Shown: positions 11,435 to 24,099 of the stretch, in pieces
Layout of the letters: each line of letters begins with the position of its first letter
Numbering within the stretch: the stretch's first letter is position 1
Assembly: GCF_006345805.1 (NCBI RefSeq)
Contig: NC_042999.1
Coordinates: forward strand, 86,614,001-86,678,000
Source of the DNA: Octopus sinensis
Taxonomy: Eukaryota
DNA: 64,000 nucleotides
Reading direction: 5' to 3'
Notes under the pieces: generated by a model
The model's database searches: none
Seen by the model: only the letters and a program-made list of their open reading frames with translations
Told to the model about the DNA's origin: nothing
Program-made: the position numbers and the translations under genes

Positions 11435-12429
11435 TATATATATGTATAAGTTTGTATGTATTTATATATCGCAATTCTTCTCATGATGAAAGCATTGCCG
11501 CAGTAGAAAATACTCCCATACTCTAGCAGCTTTTCTACGACCATAAAGGTAAAAACATAGCAAAGAAATACTTCGTGATATCCTCTAATCACAATAAGCA
11601 TTTTTTAACGGTAAGTCCATATATTGTACATTGCTAAAATGAGTTAATTTCTCAGCCTTCTCAATGGAGAGTCTAGACAGCCGCTAGTTGAAACCCTGAC
11701 TTACTGGTAGATTTATTTATTTGGTAATCTCTGAGTAATGTGGAGTAAATTTAAAAGTGGGCTTTTATGTTTGCATTCATAAATTCGGTTATCAGTTTTT
11801 TTTTTCAGTGATAAAGTACGATCTACGTTCGTTTCAAGTAATAAATATTTGGTGATGTTAGAAAATTAAATACGATACCTTTTTAGAATGCATTGTCAAA
11901 ATTACTCTCTTTCAAGCTTGCTGTTTGCGTTTCTAACAACGGATAATGTTAACTCTTGAAACGTTCGTGTATTATTTTATCACTGATAAAGATAGGTCAT
12001 GGAATAATTATTTAAATTCTAAAAATGATTTTTAATGCTTAAAATAGAAGCCGTTGGTAATAAATTGGTGCTATGAATGTCCATATCACTTAAACCCCAT
12101 GTTGAATTCACTAAATTTTTAAATTAACGTACCGTTTACTGAGAATTAATGAAGGCTCCGCAAGTTTTGATGGGATGGAAAGATAAAAGCTAGGGAGCCC
12201 CTAGATTTGGAAATATATAGAGCGAGTTGTGTTCAGTTCAATGAATTGAAAATGCTTCGCTTAGAATACGAACTTTGTTTAGCAGGGTTACATTTACACC
12301 ATATAAACCGGTGTCTTATTTTATGTTTTCCTTTACCATAACTATTACTCAACTTCCAGCATACAGTTTATATTCAGTTCAAGATCTTTCTACTTCGATA
12401 GTTCGTCGAATTTCATCCTCCCTGGTGAT

Positions 12430-12760
12430 GTTTTAGAACAAACAGGAGATGCCTTTAAAAACTGAAATAGTTTCATTTCTGTTTCCTACGGAAAAACATG
12501 TCGCAAATACAGCCAAAACCGTTGTTGTATATCGTATATGCTACATTTTTGTACCTCTTTTAAATGTTCGTGTCCAAATATCCGCATTTTGTTCAATAAA
12601 TATACATGCCGTCTATATCGTCTTTATATATACTTGTACTTTAACGCTCCCAGGCCTGGACAGCCCAAACATAACGTGGTCTGTCTTACTGTACAGACAG
12701 TGTAATCTAATGCCCAGATCGCTTTCTTCTTTCATTACGTTCTCATAGGTTTCTGTATTG
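12430..12760 (-). mobile_element. Possible ancient CR1/L2-like RT-thumb relic
   Basis: Weak motifs KEESDLGI and DI..TFKRGTKM resembling EKDLGV and QRRATK. Heavily decayed. Confidence 0.3.
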
Positions 12761-12836
12761 ATTTAGTGCAGCTAAAATCAGACCTACCGTTTGTTGTTTT
12801 TGTCCAGGGTTTATTAACCATGTACGCGGGGATATT

Positions 12837-12880
<44 letters not shown>

Positions 12881-12917
12881 AATATATATATATATATATA
12901 TACATATATGCATATAT

Positions 12918-12980
<63 letters not shown>

Positions 12981-13420
12981 CTAGCAGAGATACCCGGCGT
13001 TGCCCGGTTACATTCAATTGAAGAATTAGACTTTTCTGTTATATTTTCTGTAATGAACTGGAATATCTATGTTTCGAATTTCATCAAAATTGCAGATGAG
13101 TGTTATTTCCCTCTTTACACACCCTAGAAAATTTGTAATCTTGCCACATGTATCCCATACTACTGATTTTTATGCGCATATTCCAAAATTCCAGTGTTAT
13201 TGAACCTGTTAAAAAGATTTTACTCCTAAAAAATGAAGGTCATGGAGCTCTAAAATGTGAGAGTTAAGGCCCCTGTTAGGGGTGGGCATCTTAATGTCAA
13301 TCAGAGAAGTTGAATTGTTGAAAGTCTTTTTAACTTGGGTCTTATATCTATTGTTTGAATTTCTTTGAAATAGGAAATATATGTTCACTGGGTGTATAAA
13401 AGAGAGCAAAGCTACTGGAA
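12981..13420 (-). mobile_element. Non-autonomous Helitron-like element (3' end clear, 5' extent uncertain)
   Basis: Reverse complement ends ACCGGGCAACGCCGGGTATCTCTGCTAG|T: subterminal hairpin plus CTAG. Confidence 0.5.
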
Positions 13421-13537
13421 ACCAAAAGACGAATGATCACAATAAGCAGTCAGTTACCCTACCCTAATCGTTACTTGAAGTACCGGTTCAAGAACTATGT
13501 TATATATATATATGTATATATATATATATGTGTGTGT

Positions 13538-13574
<37 letters not shown>

Positions 13575-13689
13575 TGTGTGTGCGTGTGCATGTGTGTTTA
13601 TACATATATGTATATATATATGTATACACACACACACACACACACAAAGATAAATTGATAGATACAACTGAGTGGGCAAACAAAAATAT

Positions 13690-13953
13690 GAGACACTTCG
13701 TAGTGCTTTTTCATATTTTGATAAGCCTGGTACTTATTCTATCAGTTTCTTCTTTTGAAACCAGTAAGTTATGGGGATGTAAATAAACGAACACCAGTTA
13801 TGAAGCAGTGATGAGGGAGAAACACGAAGACACACGCATAGACTTACATAGATACATACATATACATACAATTGATTTCTTTCAATTTCTGTCTACAAAA
13901 TCCACTGACAAGGCTTTGGATAGTCACAGGCTATAGCAGAAGACACATGCCAA
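13690..13953 (-). mobile_element. Diverged SINE type A
   Basis: GCCTGGTACTTATTCTATC...AAATCCACTGACAAGGCTTTGG...GCTATAGCAGAAGACAC matches the type A body. Confidence 0.7.
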
Positions 13954-13954
13954 G

Positions 13955-14100
13955 TTTTTTACCAATGACACTACATGGACCCTAAGTAAGGCATGTATAA
14001 AATATGAATGAAATTGGTTGTGTAGTTCTCAAGTTTTACGGATTCACACAGACAGATAGACAGACACACACATTCTTAGTTTTATATATATATAGATATA
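13955..14100 (-). mobile_element. 5' fragment of a Helitron-like mini-element (same family as 17481-17760, opposite strand)
   Basis: CTACATGGACCCTAAGTAAGGCATGT..AAAAT..GAATGAAATTGGTTG is the reverse complement of about 17560-17610. Confidence 0.55.
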
Positions 14101-14334
14101 TATATATACATATATATATATACTTATATGCGTGTGTGTGTATGTGCGCATGTGCATGTATACATACATATGCACATATATATATTTATGTGAGGTTGTG
14201 CGCATAACATCCTCATTTATATATGTGTATGTATATGTATATGTGCATATATCTGTACGTAAATGTATACATATATATATATTATATATGTGTATATATA
14301 CACAAACACGCGTGCGCACACACATACACACTCG

Positions 14335-14373
<39 letters not shown>

Positions 14374-15879
14374 TCAGACACGTACATATAAATGTCTGCT
14401 AATGTGTGTGTATATTTTGTTGTGAACATCATTATTTAGTAAAAGTAGGCAGTTTTAAATGTTTATTCGCTTGAATCAACCAGCGATATATTATTAGTTC
14501 TAGCTTATGATCCTCTCATCTTAAGCAAACCGTTGAGCAAATTAGATTCCATTCAATTTCATTTTCTCTGTTTTAATTTTCTTATAGTCCAGAATTGCTT
14601 CTATATTTGTATAAGAAAATTCGTAACTATAGCGTGTCGAATAATTGGGCAGCAACCTGAAGATATCGGGCGACAAGTTTGCCTTTGTTAATCAGTACGA
14701 GTCATTAACGATAATCTAAGACGATTCATATAATCGCTCGACCCCACCAGTTCAGTCAGCTCTCAGAATTAAATCACAGCAATAAAGAGATTTCAATCGA
14801 TAAGAGATTTCATCATGTATGTTATCAGATCCGCTATTCTGCTTGAGTACAGCGTCAAACTGTCTGCTTTATAAATTCTTTATTTTCACGAAGCCATCCC
14901 CACAAACACAGAATTCTAATCGCCAAATACGTTCTAATCCACCTGCTTTTCATGCAATTCTATTTGGTCAACGTTTCATGTTTGACCAAAAAATCTACTG
15001 TCACATCACAGAGATTTAATTATCTAATTTTCTGTTGAGAAATAAGATGAAAGAAAACAACTTCCTTTTCCAAATTTGAATTACAATAGCAGTATGTATT
15101 TTGTGAACATGATTTGGTCTGAAAATTATAGAATAACATCTGAGAGGGCTATATCACTAGCAAAATAACTTGAAAGTGATATCTTGCTGTTTTCATTGTT
15201 CCCAAATGTCATGACATTTCATTGTTCTGAGCTAGAAGTCTAAAAGGAAAACTTTTCATTATATCAACCATATAAAAAACAGATATGGCTAATACTGTCG
15301 TGTTACGAGTTGTAGGGTCCCTGCATGCACATGCATCTTTGATCTTCTCCGATTAGCAATGATAGCTGAATGGGAATCAATTAGATACTTAAAATCAGCA
15401 CAGAAGATTAGAAACTAACTACAATTCAAATATATGATACAAAAATTGTGCGTCAGATAAAATTCCGACAAATTTGAAAACATGAAAGTATTATAAGAAT
15501 AAGAAAAAAGAAAATGTTTGCATATCTCTTCACATGTTTGTAACTATACGTCTTGATGGAGCCCTACGGCAAATCGTCTATAATACTGAAATGAATGTTC
15601 TCAAAAGGCTTTGTATTCATTATCAATCCCCCATAACAAATGAAGATTTACATTCTTTAAAAAATTACATTCTTTACAATTTTATAAATCCGTATACCTT
15701 AATTACATTGCAATACGAAGATATATAACAAGTACCTTGACACAACTGGTGTATGTATAAAACATATATTCACAAAATCATATATCCAATATAAATTATA
15801 ATACTCGCATGCATTAATATACGTGTGTGATGTAAGTGTGTCGATAATTAAACACTTCAAAATTAAAAGAAAACTTCAG

Positions 15880-16370
15880 AGATAAAAGTAATAGGCAAGA
15901 GAACAAACCGTTATTTTAACAGAGGCAAATTGACAGCTACATAAGCGGATAGACGTACCAGTGAAGACTTCAATAAAATGTAAGCATAACCGACCTGATA
16001 TAATGATTTGGATAGAGAAGAGAAACTGTACAGTTGTGGAAATTAGCTGTCCAGCGAATGTTAACATAAAGCCGAAGATCAGTGAAAAAGAGAACACCTA
16101 TGCAGAACTATTGAGAAATCTGCAGTTACTCTATCCAGATTAGAAGTTCAGGTTTTTACCTGTAATTATTGGGGCCCTGGGATGTGTAATACACTGCCTA
16201 AATACCAATCTTGAGAAATTAGGTGTCTCAAAACCAGAAAGGAGAACGCTAATTCGAAGACTACACATCCAATCTATCACTGGAACTGTAAAAATCTGTA
16301 AAACTTACCAAACGCTTAGCATTTAAATATTTATGAGTATCTCTAGATATGAAACTATATGTATGAAAAT
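15880..16370 (+). mobile_element. R4/Dong-clade LINE 3' end (RLE domain), subfamily 1
   Basis: DVPVKTSIKCKHNRPDIMIW...TVVEISCP..VNI...KENTY then PVIIGALG, stop at 16324-16326, short UTR, then (CATA)n. Confidence 0.8.
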
Positions 16371-16690
16371 ACATACATCATACATACATACATACATACA
16401 TACATACATACATACATACATGCTTGCATACATACATACATACATACATACATACATGCTTGCATACATACATGCATACATACATGCATACATACATGCG
16501 TGTGTGCGTGCACACATACATGCGTGTGTGCGTGCATACATACATGCAAACATATATACATACATACATACATACATACATGCTTGCATACATACATACA
16601 TACATACATACATACATACATGCGTGTGTCCGTGCACACATACATGCGTGTGTGCGTGCATACATACATGCAAACATATATACATACATA
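16371..16690. repeat. (CATA)n microsatellite with internal higher-order duplication
   Basis: Read directly. Block 16494-16570 recurs at 16619-16690. Confidence 0.95.
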
Positions 16691-17040
16691 ATACCCTGTT
16701 GTTGATGAAATTCCAATGAAGGAACCTTGGATCTAGGTTAGAAACCGGTTCTTTCTCTATTGGCAAGAAATCTTGAAATAAACTGAATATTATTCAGTTA
16801 ATTTCAAGAGTGAGTGTGCGTGTGTAAGTGTAAGTGTATGTATGTGTGTGTGTGTATACACAGATAGATAAATAGATAGGTAAATAGATAGATAGGTGTA
16901 AAAGATATGAGGAGTTTTCATCAGGGTGACGCTCTGAGTGCTCAAATTCCGATCTGAACTGCAGTTGAAGTTGTGGTTTTGTGGTAGCCTTATCCAAAAC
17001 GGCTAGAAGTGGCTTCTCCTTGATTCAGTAGGTACAAGCA

Positions 17041-17339
17041 AAAGTAGAAAGGGAAGGCAAACAATTTGGCAAGATTTGACAAGGACATTTAGTTTAATTT
17101 AGCTATATAATGAAAGGTAAAGATAGTCTCTGACAGCTGCTTCTGGTATATCCCAGCTATTGAAACAATGTGCCGAGATACTCAGCATATAGAATCTTCG
17201 CTCGGCACGTTGTTCCAATAGCTGGGATATACTAGAAGCAGCTGTCAGAGACTATCTTTACCTTTCATTATATAGCTAAGTTAAACTAAATGTCCTTGTC
17301 AAATCTTGCCAAATTATTTGCCTTTCTCCTTTCTATTTT
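17041..17339. repeat. Long near-perfect inverted repeat (~137-bp arms, 23-nt loop)
   Basis: 17041-17177 is the reverse complement of 17201-17339 with a few mismatches. Confidence 0.95.
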
Positions 17340-17405
17340 AACCTAGACAGACAACTATATATATATGAATTTATAAATATATGTATATGTATATAAATAT
17401 ATGTA

Positions 17406-17473
<68 letters not shown>

Positions 17474-17480
17474 ATAACTT

Positions 17481-17760
17481 TATATATATAAAACTGAGGA
17501 TGTCTGTCTGTCTGTCTGTCTGCCTGTCTGTCTGTGTGTTTCCCTAAAACTTGAGAACTACTCAACCAATTTCATTCAAATTTTACACATGCCTTACTTA
17601 GGGTCCATGTAGTTTCATGGGCAAAAAATGTTCAACTTCTTGTCTAGAGCGAGCCCATAGCAATATCATATCTTCTCCACTATTTCAGTATTACGTGTTA
17701 AAAGTGAAACAAAAACATTTCTCTATTTTATGTCAGATACTTTCACTTTAACAATAAAAA
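17481..17760 (+). mobile_element. Helitron-like mini-element 5' portion
   Basis: TATATATAAAACTGAG..(TGTC)n..AACTTGAGAACTACTCAACCAATTTCATTCAAATTTTACACA, the same architecture as 49313. Confidence 0.5.
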
Positions 17761-18059
17761 TAATAATAACAATTGAATTATATGTCGTAAGTAATAATTA
17801 AAATCAAACTAAAGTATAATATAATCGTAACATAACAAAAGTAAATATAGCAACTGGTATAAAATTGCATCAATGACTTGAACTTGAATAAGTGGTTTCA
17901 CATGAATGGGAATAAATTAAAAATAAAATTAGCGTGCAGAAATGAAATAGTCCAGATGCATAATAAAAAATTAAATTAAAGAAAAGACTATTGTCTATAA
18001 AGTATACAATGTAGAGAAAAAAGAAGATTTGAACACATGGAGGAAAGCACATTCGAAAA

Positions 18060-18330
18060 GTGTCTTGGTGGGACTATGAAAGATATCTAATCAGAGACGG
18101 TAAATTCGCCACAATAGAAGCAAGGTTCGAGTCAACGGAGCGTGCAAAGGAGTACTCGACTCGAACTTGCAAAGTGGAAATATTTTATTTTTACCTTTAT
18201 ATCTGGGACATAGGACGTCCCGGAAAAAAATTAAAAATCCTCCCCCGCCCAGATGTAGAGGTAGGCTGGATTGTAGCCACACTTCTATACAAGAGGGAGG
18301 ATACAATTGATCGAAATTACAAGAGACGGG
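18060..18330 (+). mobile_element. Probable Tx1/L1 ORF1 N-terminal relic
   Basis: RDGKFATIEARFESTERAKEYS...PDVEVGWIVATLL resembles the ORF1 relic at 47790-47990 (SVEIWF.TEREAKTHS...TEINVFWLTATL). Confidence 0.4.
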
Positions 18331-18500
18331 CTAACAATTCCAGTCTGTTATATATTTTGAGTATTGTTATCACTAGCGATATCAAGATATAACTTTGTAT
18401 TTTGTATTTTATGTGTAGATGTATATATATATATATAGATGTACATGTAATATATACACATATATACACGTATATACATGCACTAGCACTATGACCCGCC

Positions 18501-18665
18501 AACGTAGGAGTGGCTGTGTGATAAGTAGCTTGCTTACCAAGCACATGGTTCTGGGTTCAGTCCCACTGCGTGGCACCTAGGCAAGTGTCTTCTACTATAG
18601 CCTCGGGCCGACCAAAGCCTTGTGAGTGGATTTGGTAAACATAAACTGAAAGAAGCCTGTCGTAT
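18501..18665 (+). mobile_element. SINE type A 5' half
   Basis: GTAGGAGTGGCTGTGTGATAAGTAGCTTGCTTACC...GGTTCAGTCCCACTGCG tRNA head followed by the type A body, ending in (TA)n. Confidence 0.85.
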
Positions 18666-18689
18666 ATATATATATATATATATATATAG

Positions 18690-18745
<56 letters not shown>

Positions 18746-19133
18746 CTAGCAGTATCACCCGGTGTTGCTTGGTTTGTTTCGACCCTTTAGAATTGGTATT
18801 TTTGAAAAGTAAAAATTTTGCATTATGCAACTTGTTATTCTCTTCAAGTGAACATTTTTCCAGTTGAAATACACCGAAAAATGGTGACACAGCAGTCAAA
18901 AATCGTAAAAAATAGGGATTTTCATAGAAAAAAAGCACATTTTTGATGTAAATAATTTTTGGTGTTAACATGGTCCGATTTGAATTTTATCTTCTACAGA
19001 ATGAAGAGCAAGCCTTCTTCTATCATACTCTCAATTTTGGTCAACTTGCGCTGCAGGGTCTCGAAGGAGATAGTGTTAATTGAAGGCTACCAAACCTGCC
19101 ACACACAGACAACTTCAGCTTTATAAATATAGA
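18746..19133 (-). mobile_element. Complete ~388-bp non-autonomous Helitron-like element
   Basis: Reverse complement starts A|TCTATATTTATAAAGCTG and ends CCAAGCAACACCGGGTGATACTGCTAG|T. Inserted at AT with no TSD. Confidence 0.7.
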
Positions 19134-20843
19134 TTTGCTACACACAACTTTCCATCCTTAATAATGAAACTTGGTAGATCCAAAAGTTAAACACACAGAC
19201 ACACACACAGATACACACACAGACACACAAGTTGAGTTTTATATATATAGATTTCTCAACGGGGATTTCAGGGGAGAGTTTCAGGGAGTCGCTGGCGATG
19301 TATCGTGATGATAAAAAATCCGGCCTGCTAAAATTTGGTTAAAGTGATTCAAACTGCAGACTCAACGCAAAATGGTCACATTTAATTCAAAGCGTTAAAA
19401 ATGTTATGAAAACAATTGGTATGTGTTCACAAAGTCCAAACGATTAATACGAAAACACCATCCAGGCTACATCCCGAAAATTCATTTCTTTGCCGAATTT
19501 CTACAATGTTTACGGCGATTCGTTTTTATATCTTGATTTTTTAATATTTTTCATCCAATTTACGCATGCTTGCACGCGTGGTGAACACAGTTCACGTCAA
19601 ACAGCTGACTGAGTAAAGTTCACTATTCAATGCATGGGATAAGGCCTAAACAAACACATTATCGATTTTTGCACTTGCGAGATGAATTTCGGAACAGAAA
19701 TCGCTTGACAACTGATTGATTGTCATTACTTGGAAACTATACTGAATATACGACTGTGTTCCCGTTTAAAATTTTTTATTGTCGCTTTCTCGTATTTCGG
19801 ATGTTGTTTTCTAGACAACTGCAGAACATGACATCTGACTTGTAGAGATTAATATATGACAATGCAGTTTGTATTACATCTATAAGTCTATCACCAAAGT
19901 TTTACTTCTTATTCAAGGTCCTAGGAATTTTTATTTTTAGACTTTAAGGTTCTATGAAGCCCACCCATAAACCCACCCACGAACAATAAATAAGTTTGAA
20001 AACGCTTGCCCTAACAGACACGTACACACATACTCAATGTGCGCACAGACACACACACGGAAGCACACGCACACACACACACAAACTCGCGCACACACGC
20101 AAACACATAGACATACATAGACACACATACAGAGTTACACGCACAAACTAACGTACATTTCTAAATAAATAGCATTGACGGAGTGTCAGTCTATCTAGGT
20201 CTTGTGTGTCCTTGTATCTGGTCGTCTGTGAGCGTGACACTAACAATTCTAAAAGTACAGCAACATTTACATAGAGTCGTTCTAAAGAAATTTTATCATA
20301 TACACTACTTTGCCTCATCTATTTGGAAGTAGAGAGTGGCTTACACAAGTTTAACTAGTTTTTATTCATGTGTCATAGTTCAAACGTGCATGCATACACA
20401 CAAATCCCACATACGCTCACACGTTGACTAACCATTCTATCGCTGACTTCTTAAAGGGTCAACTTTATTCTCATTATGATTTGCCTTCTTTCACAATATA
20501 ACGATGGCCTTCCAGATTTTTCTTTATCATACACTGAACTAGCAATGAATGTCACATTTCGTTTTCTTTCTTCTCTATTTTTTTCGCGAGAGGGCGTGTA
20601 ATAGAAGGCAGTGTAAATAGATCCTTCTTTGGGCTATGCAATAATTTATATTTTCTCAAAGGCATTTAAGATACGCCCACTCTTATAACACAGTTGAATA
20701 ATTACAATCCTAACCACATTTTAACTACTTCTGCACCTCATCTATTACAATGTTTTTCAGTCACCACGGAACTATGTCATTTCGCCAACTATAAAACCAT
20801 TACACTCACTGCCCTCTTTACAAAGTCTCACCCGATGACTCTA

Positions 20844-21003
20844 ACTACTACTCCTCACCATCATCATCGCCGTCAACAACAACAACAACAACAACAACAA
20901 CAGCAACTACTGCTACTACCATTACTATGCTGCTACTGCTGCTACTACAACTACTAAACTGCTGCAGTTGCTGCTACTACTGCTGCTGCTGCTGCTACTA
21001 CTA

Positions 21004-21039
<36 letters not shown>

Positions 21040-21095
21040 CGCAACCACTATCACCTCTAGCACTACTCCCCACCACTACCATCACCGCCACCACA
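20844..21095. repeat. Compound trinucleotide microsatellite (CAA/CTG/CTA/CCA)
   Basis: Read directly. Confidence 0.95.
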
Positions 21096-21446
21096 GTCCA
21101 TGTTTGAACCAAGCTTAACGTTAACAAAAAAAAATATCCAAAATAGAAAATGAATGGTGCAAATGTCAGCGAACTTTCCAGTATTGTGTGATTTGTGATC
21201 ATTAAATGCTGTTTTCCCCTCATTGATATATTTCAACAAATAAGAATTATGCCCAGATTAATGTTGCCTTTGGACATGGCTGAGCTGAGAGTCAATTCTT
21301 TGAGGTGGGGGTGGGGAAATAACAATTAAATTAATATACTTCAGAAGGTTATTGGTATTGATTAATGGTCTCCGGATGAAATGAAGAGCAGTGTCTTCAA
21401 CTCTGACAAGACTTTGATTCAGAAAGTAGAGTATGCTAACCAAGTA

Positions 21447-21700
21447 AAAAATAAATAAATAAATGCGCCCTTTCAAAGCCTAGCCAGGCTCATGGGCCTG
21501 GTTTCTCGGTTTCAGTGGCACCAGTCCCGGGACGCCAGTCCAACGCAGCGTTACTCATTTTTGCCAGCTGAGTGGACTGGAGCAACTTGAAAATGAAATG
21601 TTTTGCTCAAGAACACAACGCGTCACTCGGTCCAGGAATCGAAACCACAATCTTACGATCATAATACTGACACCCTAACCACTAAGCCACGCGCCCCCAC
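21447..21700 (-). mobile_element. tRNA-derived SINE type D with 14-bp TSD
   Basis: TSD ATGCTAACCAAGTA at 21433-21446 and 21701-21714. tRNA head, core CCAGTCCACTCAGCTGGCAAAAATGAGTA, (TTTA)n tail. Confidence 0.9.
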
Positions 21701-22589
21701 ATGCTAACCAAGTACCGAAACATATTTTCTCGTTCCATCGCCGAATTATTGTTCATAATATTTAATTTTTTGATATGTCAACAAGGAAGCCTCCATGCGG
21801 TTTATTCGACCTACAAGAAATAGCAGCTAAATGCTTACACAACAAAGGGCGGACATATATTAGATAATATAGTCTTAGATTTATGTCCTGAGTATGAGTT
21901 TAAACCGCATCCGGAAGTAGGGCCCTGACTCAAGAGTTCCAGGCTTTTGAGGAACATTGACTTACTTCTTAGGATCGCGGTTGAGACAGTGCTAGTCTTA
22001 GCTTGATTCAAAGATGCTAGATTACATTCGGCAGCAACTTATATAAAAATGCTACTTAATAACATATCATAGCTTATTTACGTCCCAGGTTATAGATTAG
22101 TCAGTCATAAATAAGACATTAATAACTTTTCTAGAAAGAGCAGAAACTGAATATTTTAAGGGGGAGGAAAAACAGGATACAACCGTACTCATACAATTCT
22201 TCAGCAGCTTAGATAAAGTGAGATAAAACTGTTAAAGAATCCGAGCGAATTCCTACCACAAGTCCGATTAAGTTATAAAGGTAGCATGTAAATAATATAT
22301 AGATGTAGCCATTTTCGTGATTGCATACTCATACGCGCGCGCGCGTTTCTATATGCTGCCTTCTCAGTTTTTTTCATGTTTCTTCTCTTATTCAGTTTTT
22401 TTTTTTAGTTCGTTATGACATATGGTTTGTGCCTGAAGAATGTATTTAGGATATTTCTCAACATATGAAACTATTAGTGGCTCTTAAAGACATGTATTCT
22501 GTCCTTTAAATAAAAAAATTATACACACACACACATGTATTGATAGAGCTGTATCATTTAATATATCCTTTCCTGACCGAAGACAGTAG

Positions 22590-24080
22590 TGTAAGATTTG
22601 AGGAGAGTTCGGTTGCGATCAAATATAAAAAAAAAATCCTCGTTGGATTGGGTGACATTATTGGTTGTGAATTGTGCAGGATATAAGTTGTGTGATCTGT
22701 TGTTGGTGTATAATGTATATTATAGTATCGGGTATCAATTATATAGAGGAGCGTGTTGTATTGATTTATTGGGTGGTTATAAAGTAGAAGTGTTTTCTGT
22801 TTTCTTTTTTTACTCTAGGCAAAAGGTCCGAATTGTTTGGGATGGAGTCCAGTCGATTAGATCGATCCCAGTACGCAACTGGTAGTTAATTTATTGACCC
22901 CCAAAAGAATGAAAGGCAAAGTCGACCTCGGCAGAAATTGAACTCAGAACGTAAGGACAGACGAAATACTTATTTCTTTACTATCCACAAGGGGCTAAAC
23001 ACAGAGGGAACAAACAAAGACAGACAAGCGGATTAAGTCGATTACATCGACCCCAGTGCGTTACTGGTACTTAATTTATCGACCCCGAAAGGATGAAAGG
23101 CAAAGTCGACCTCGGCGGAATTTGAACTCAGAACGTAACGGCAGTCGAAATACCGCTAAGTATTTCGCCCGACATGTTAACGATTCTGCCAGTTCGCCGC
23201 CTTTGTGTGCTTTTTGTTATACTAGAAGGATGTGATGATGTAGAGAATGGTTTGTGTGAGCTGTGCAGAGTGTGTTCTTTGTGAGTAGAGCTACTGAATT
23301 GAAAGGACTTATGCAGTATGCGGGAAATGCTTAGAATGCTTAACTTTTGGACAGTATATAGCTTTGAGCGCTGGAATAATTTTGCGTCTTTTTCTATGTT
23401 CTTTATCATAATTAGTGTTTTAATTATTATTGCAACTGTTATTACTTTCATACTCCGATCTTACATATTAACATTTTAAGTACATTTCCTGGTACATTTA
23501 ACGTTTTCCGAAATTATACTGAGTGTCGTTCTACTCAGAAGAGATCGATACCAGTTTCATTATACGCATTGATAAATGATATCAGAACGGTTTGATATCT
23601 TTTGTCAGTTTGGACTTAAATGACCCAGACGTTTATGATCAGATCGTTCAAAAATACTGTGTCTAATGCATTCTTAACATTTTGTATTAGCTTGTATTTA
23701 GTTTGAAAGATTCTTGATGTGAATTGAACCTGTGTATGTGTTATTATTATTGTTATTTGGCGTAATGTCTCTTCAAATGATTCATTTGCACATTGTTTTA
23801 TTCTCAGACACTAAGTTCAGTTTTTAATATTCGTCTGACTCTTCTGAAAAACTCGTGTTTAATTTTCTCCTTCAGTTGCGTACTTTCTTATCAGCTTCAT
23901 CTTCTCCTAAGTATTTATATGGGTAGTTCTGTTCTAATTCTCTGGTTTCGATGTCTGGATCTAATTTGGTGTTTTCCGTTTTAGTTTATTTGCCTCTTCT
24001 TATATCTTCGGAATATCTGTCTCAATTTCATATCCTGGCTCATTTCTTGAAAATGTTTTAGTAGGTTCTCAGCTGGGTAT
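22590..24080 (-). mobile_element. Decayed R4/Dong-like LINE (RT thumb to zinc-knuckle region) interrupted by SINEs
   Basis: Minus-strand YPYKYLGEDE...KEKIKHEFFRRVRRILKTEL (about 23800-23950) parallels YKYLG...KEYTRRVRK at 59550-59650. Weaker motifs further left. Confidence 0.5.
22860..23201 (-). mobile_element. Young SINE type B (22971-23201) adjoining an older type B copy
   Basis: Reverse-complement match to 6772-6996. Confidence 0.85.
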
Positions 24081-24099
24081 TGTTCTTTTCAAATAATTT

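Noticed and set aside
11527-11610. Plus-strand 84-nt open AG...GTAAGT segment (QLFYDHKGKNIAKK...), and a similar one at 9844-9909
   Set aside because: No homology recognised and no compatible neighbouring exons. Such pairs are expected by chance in AT-rich DNA.
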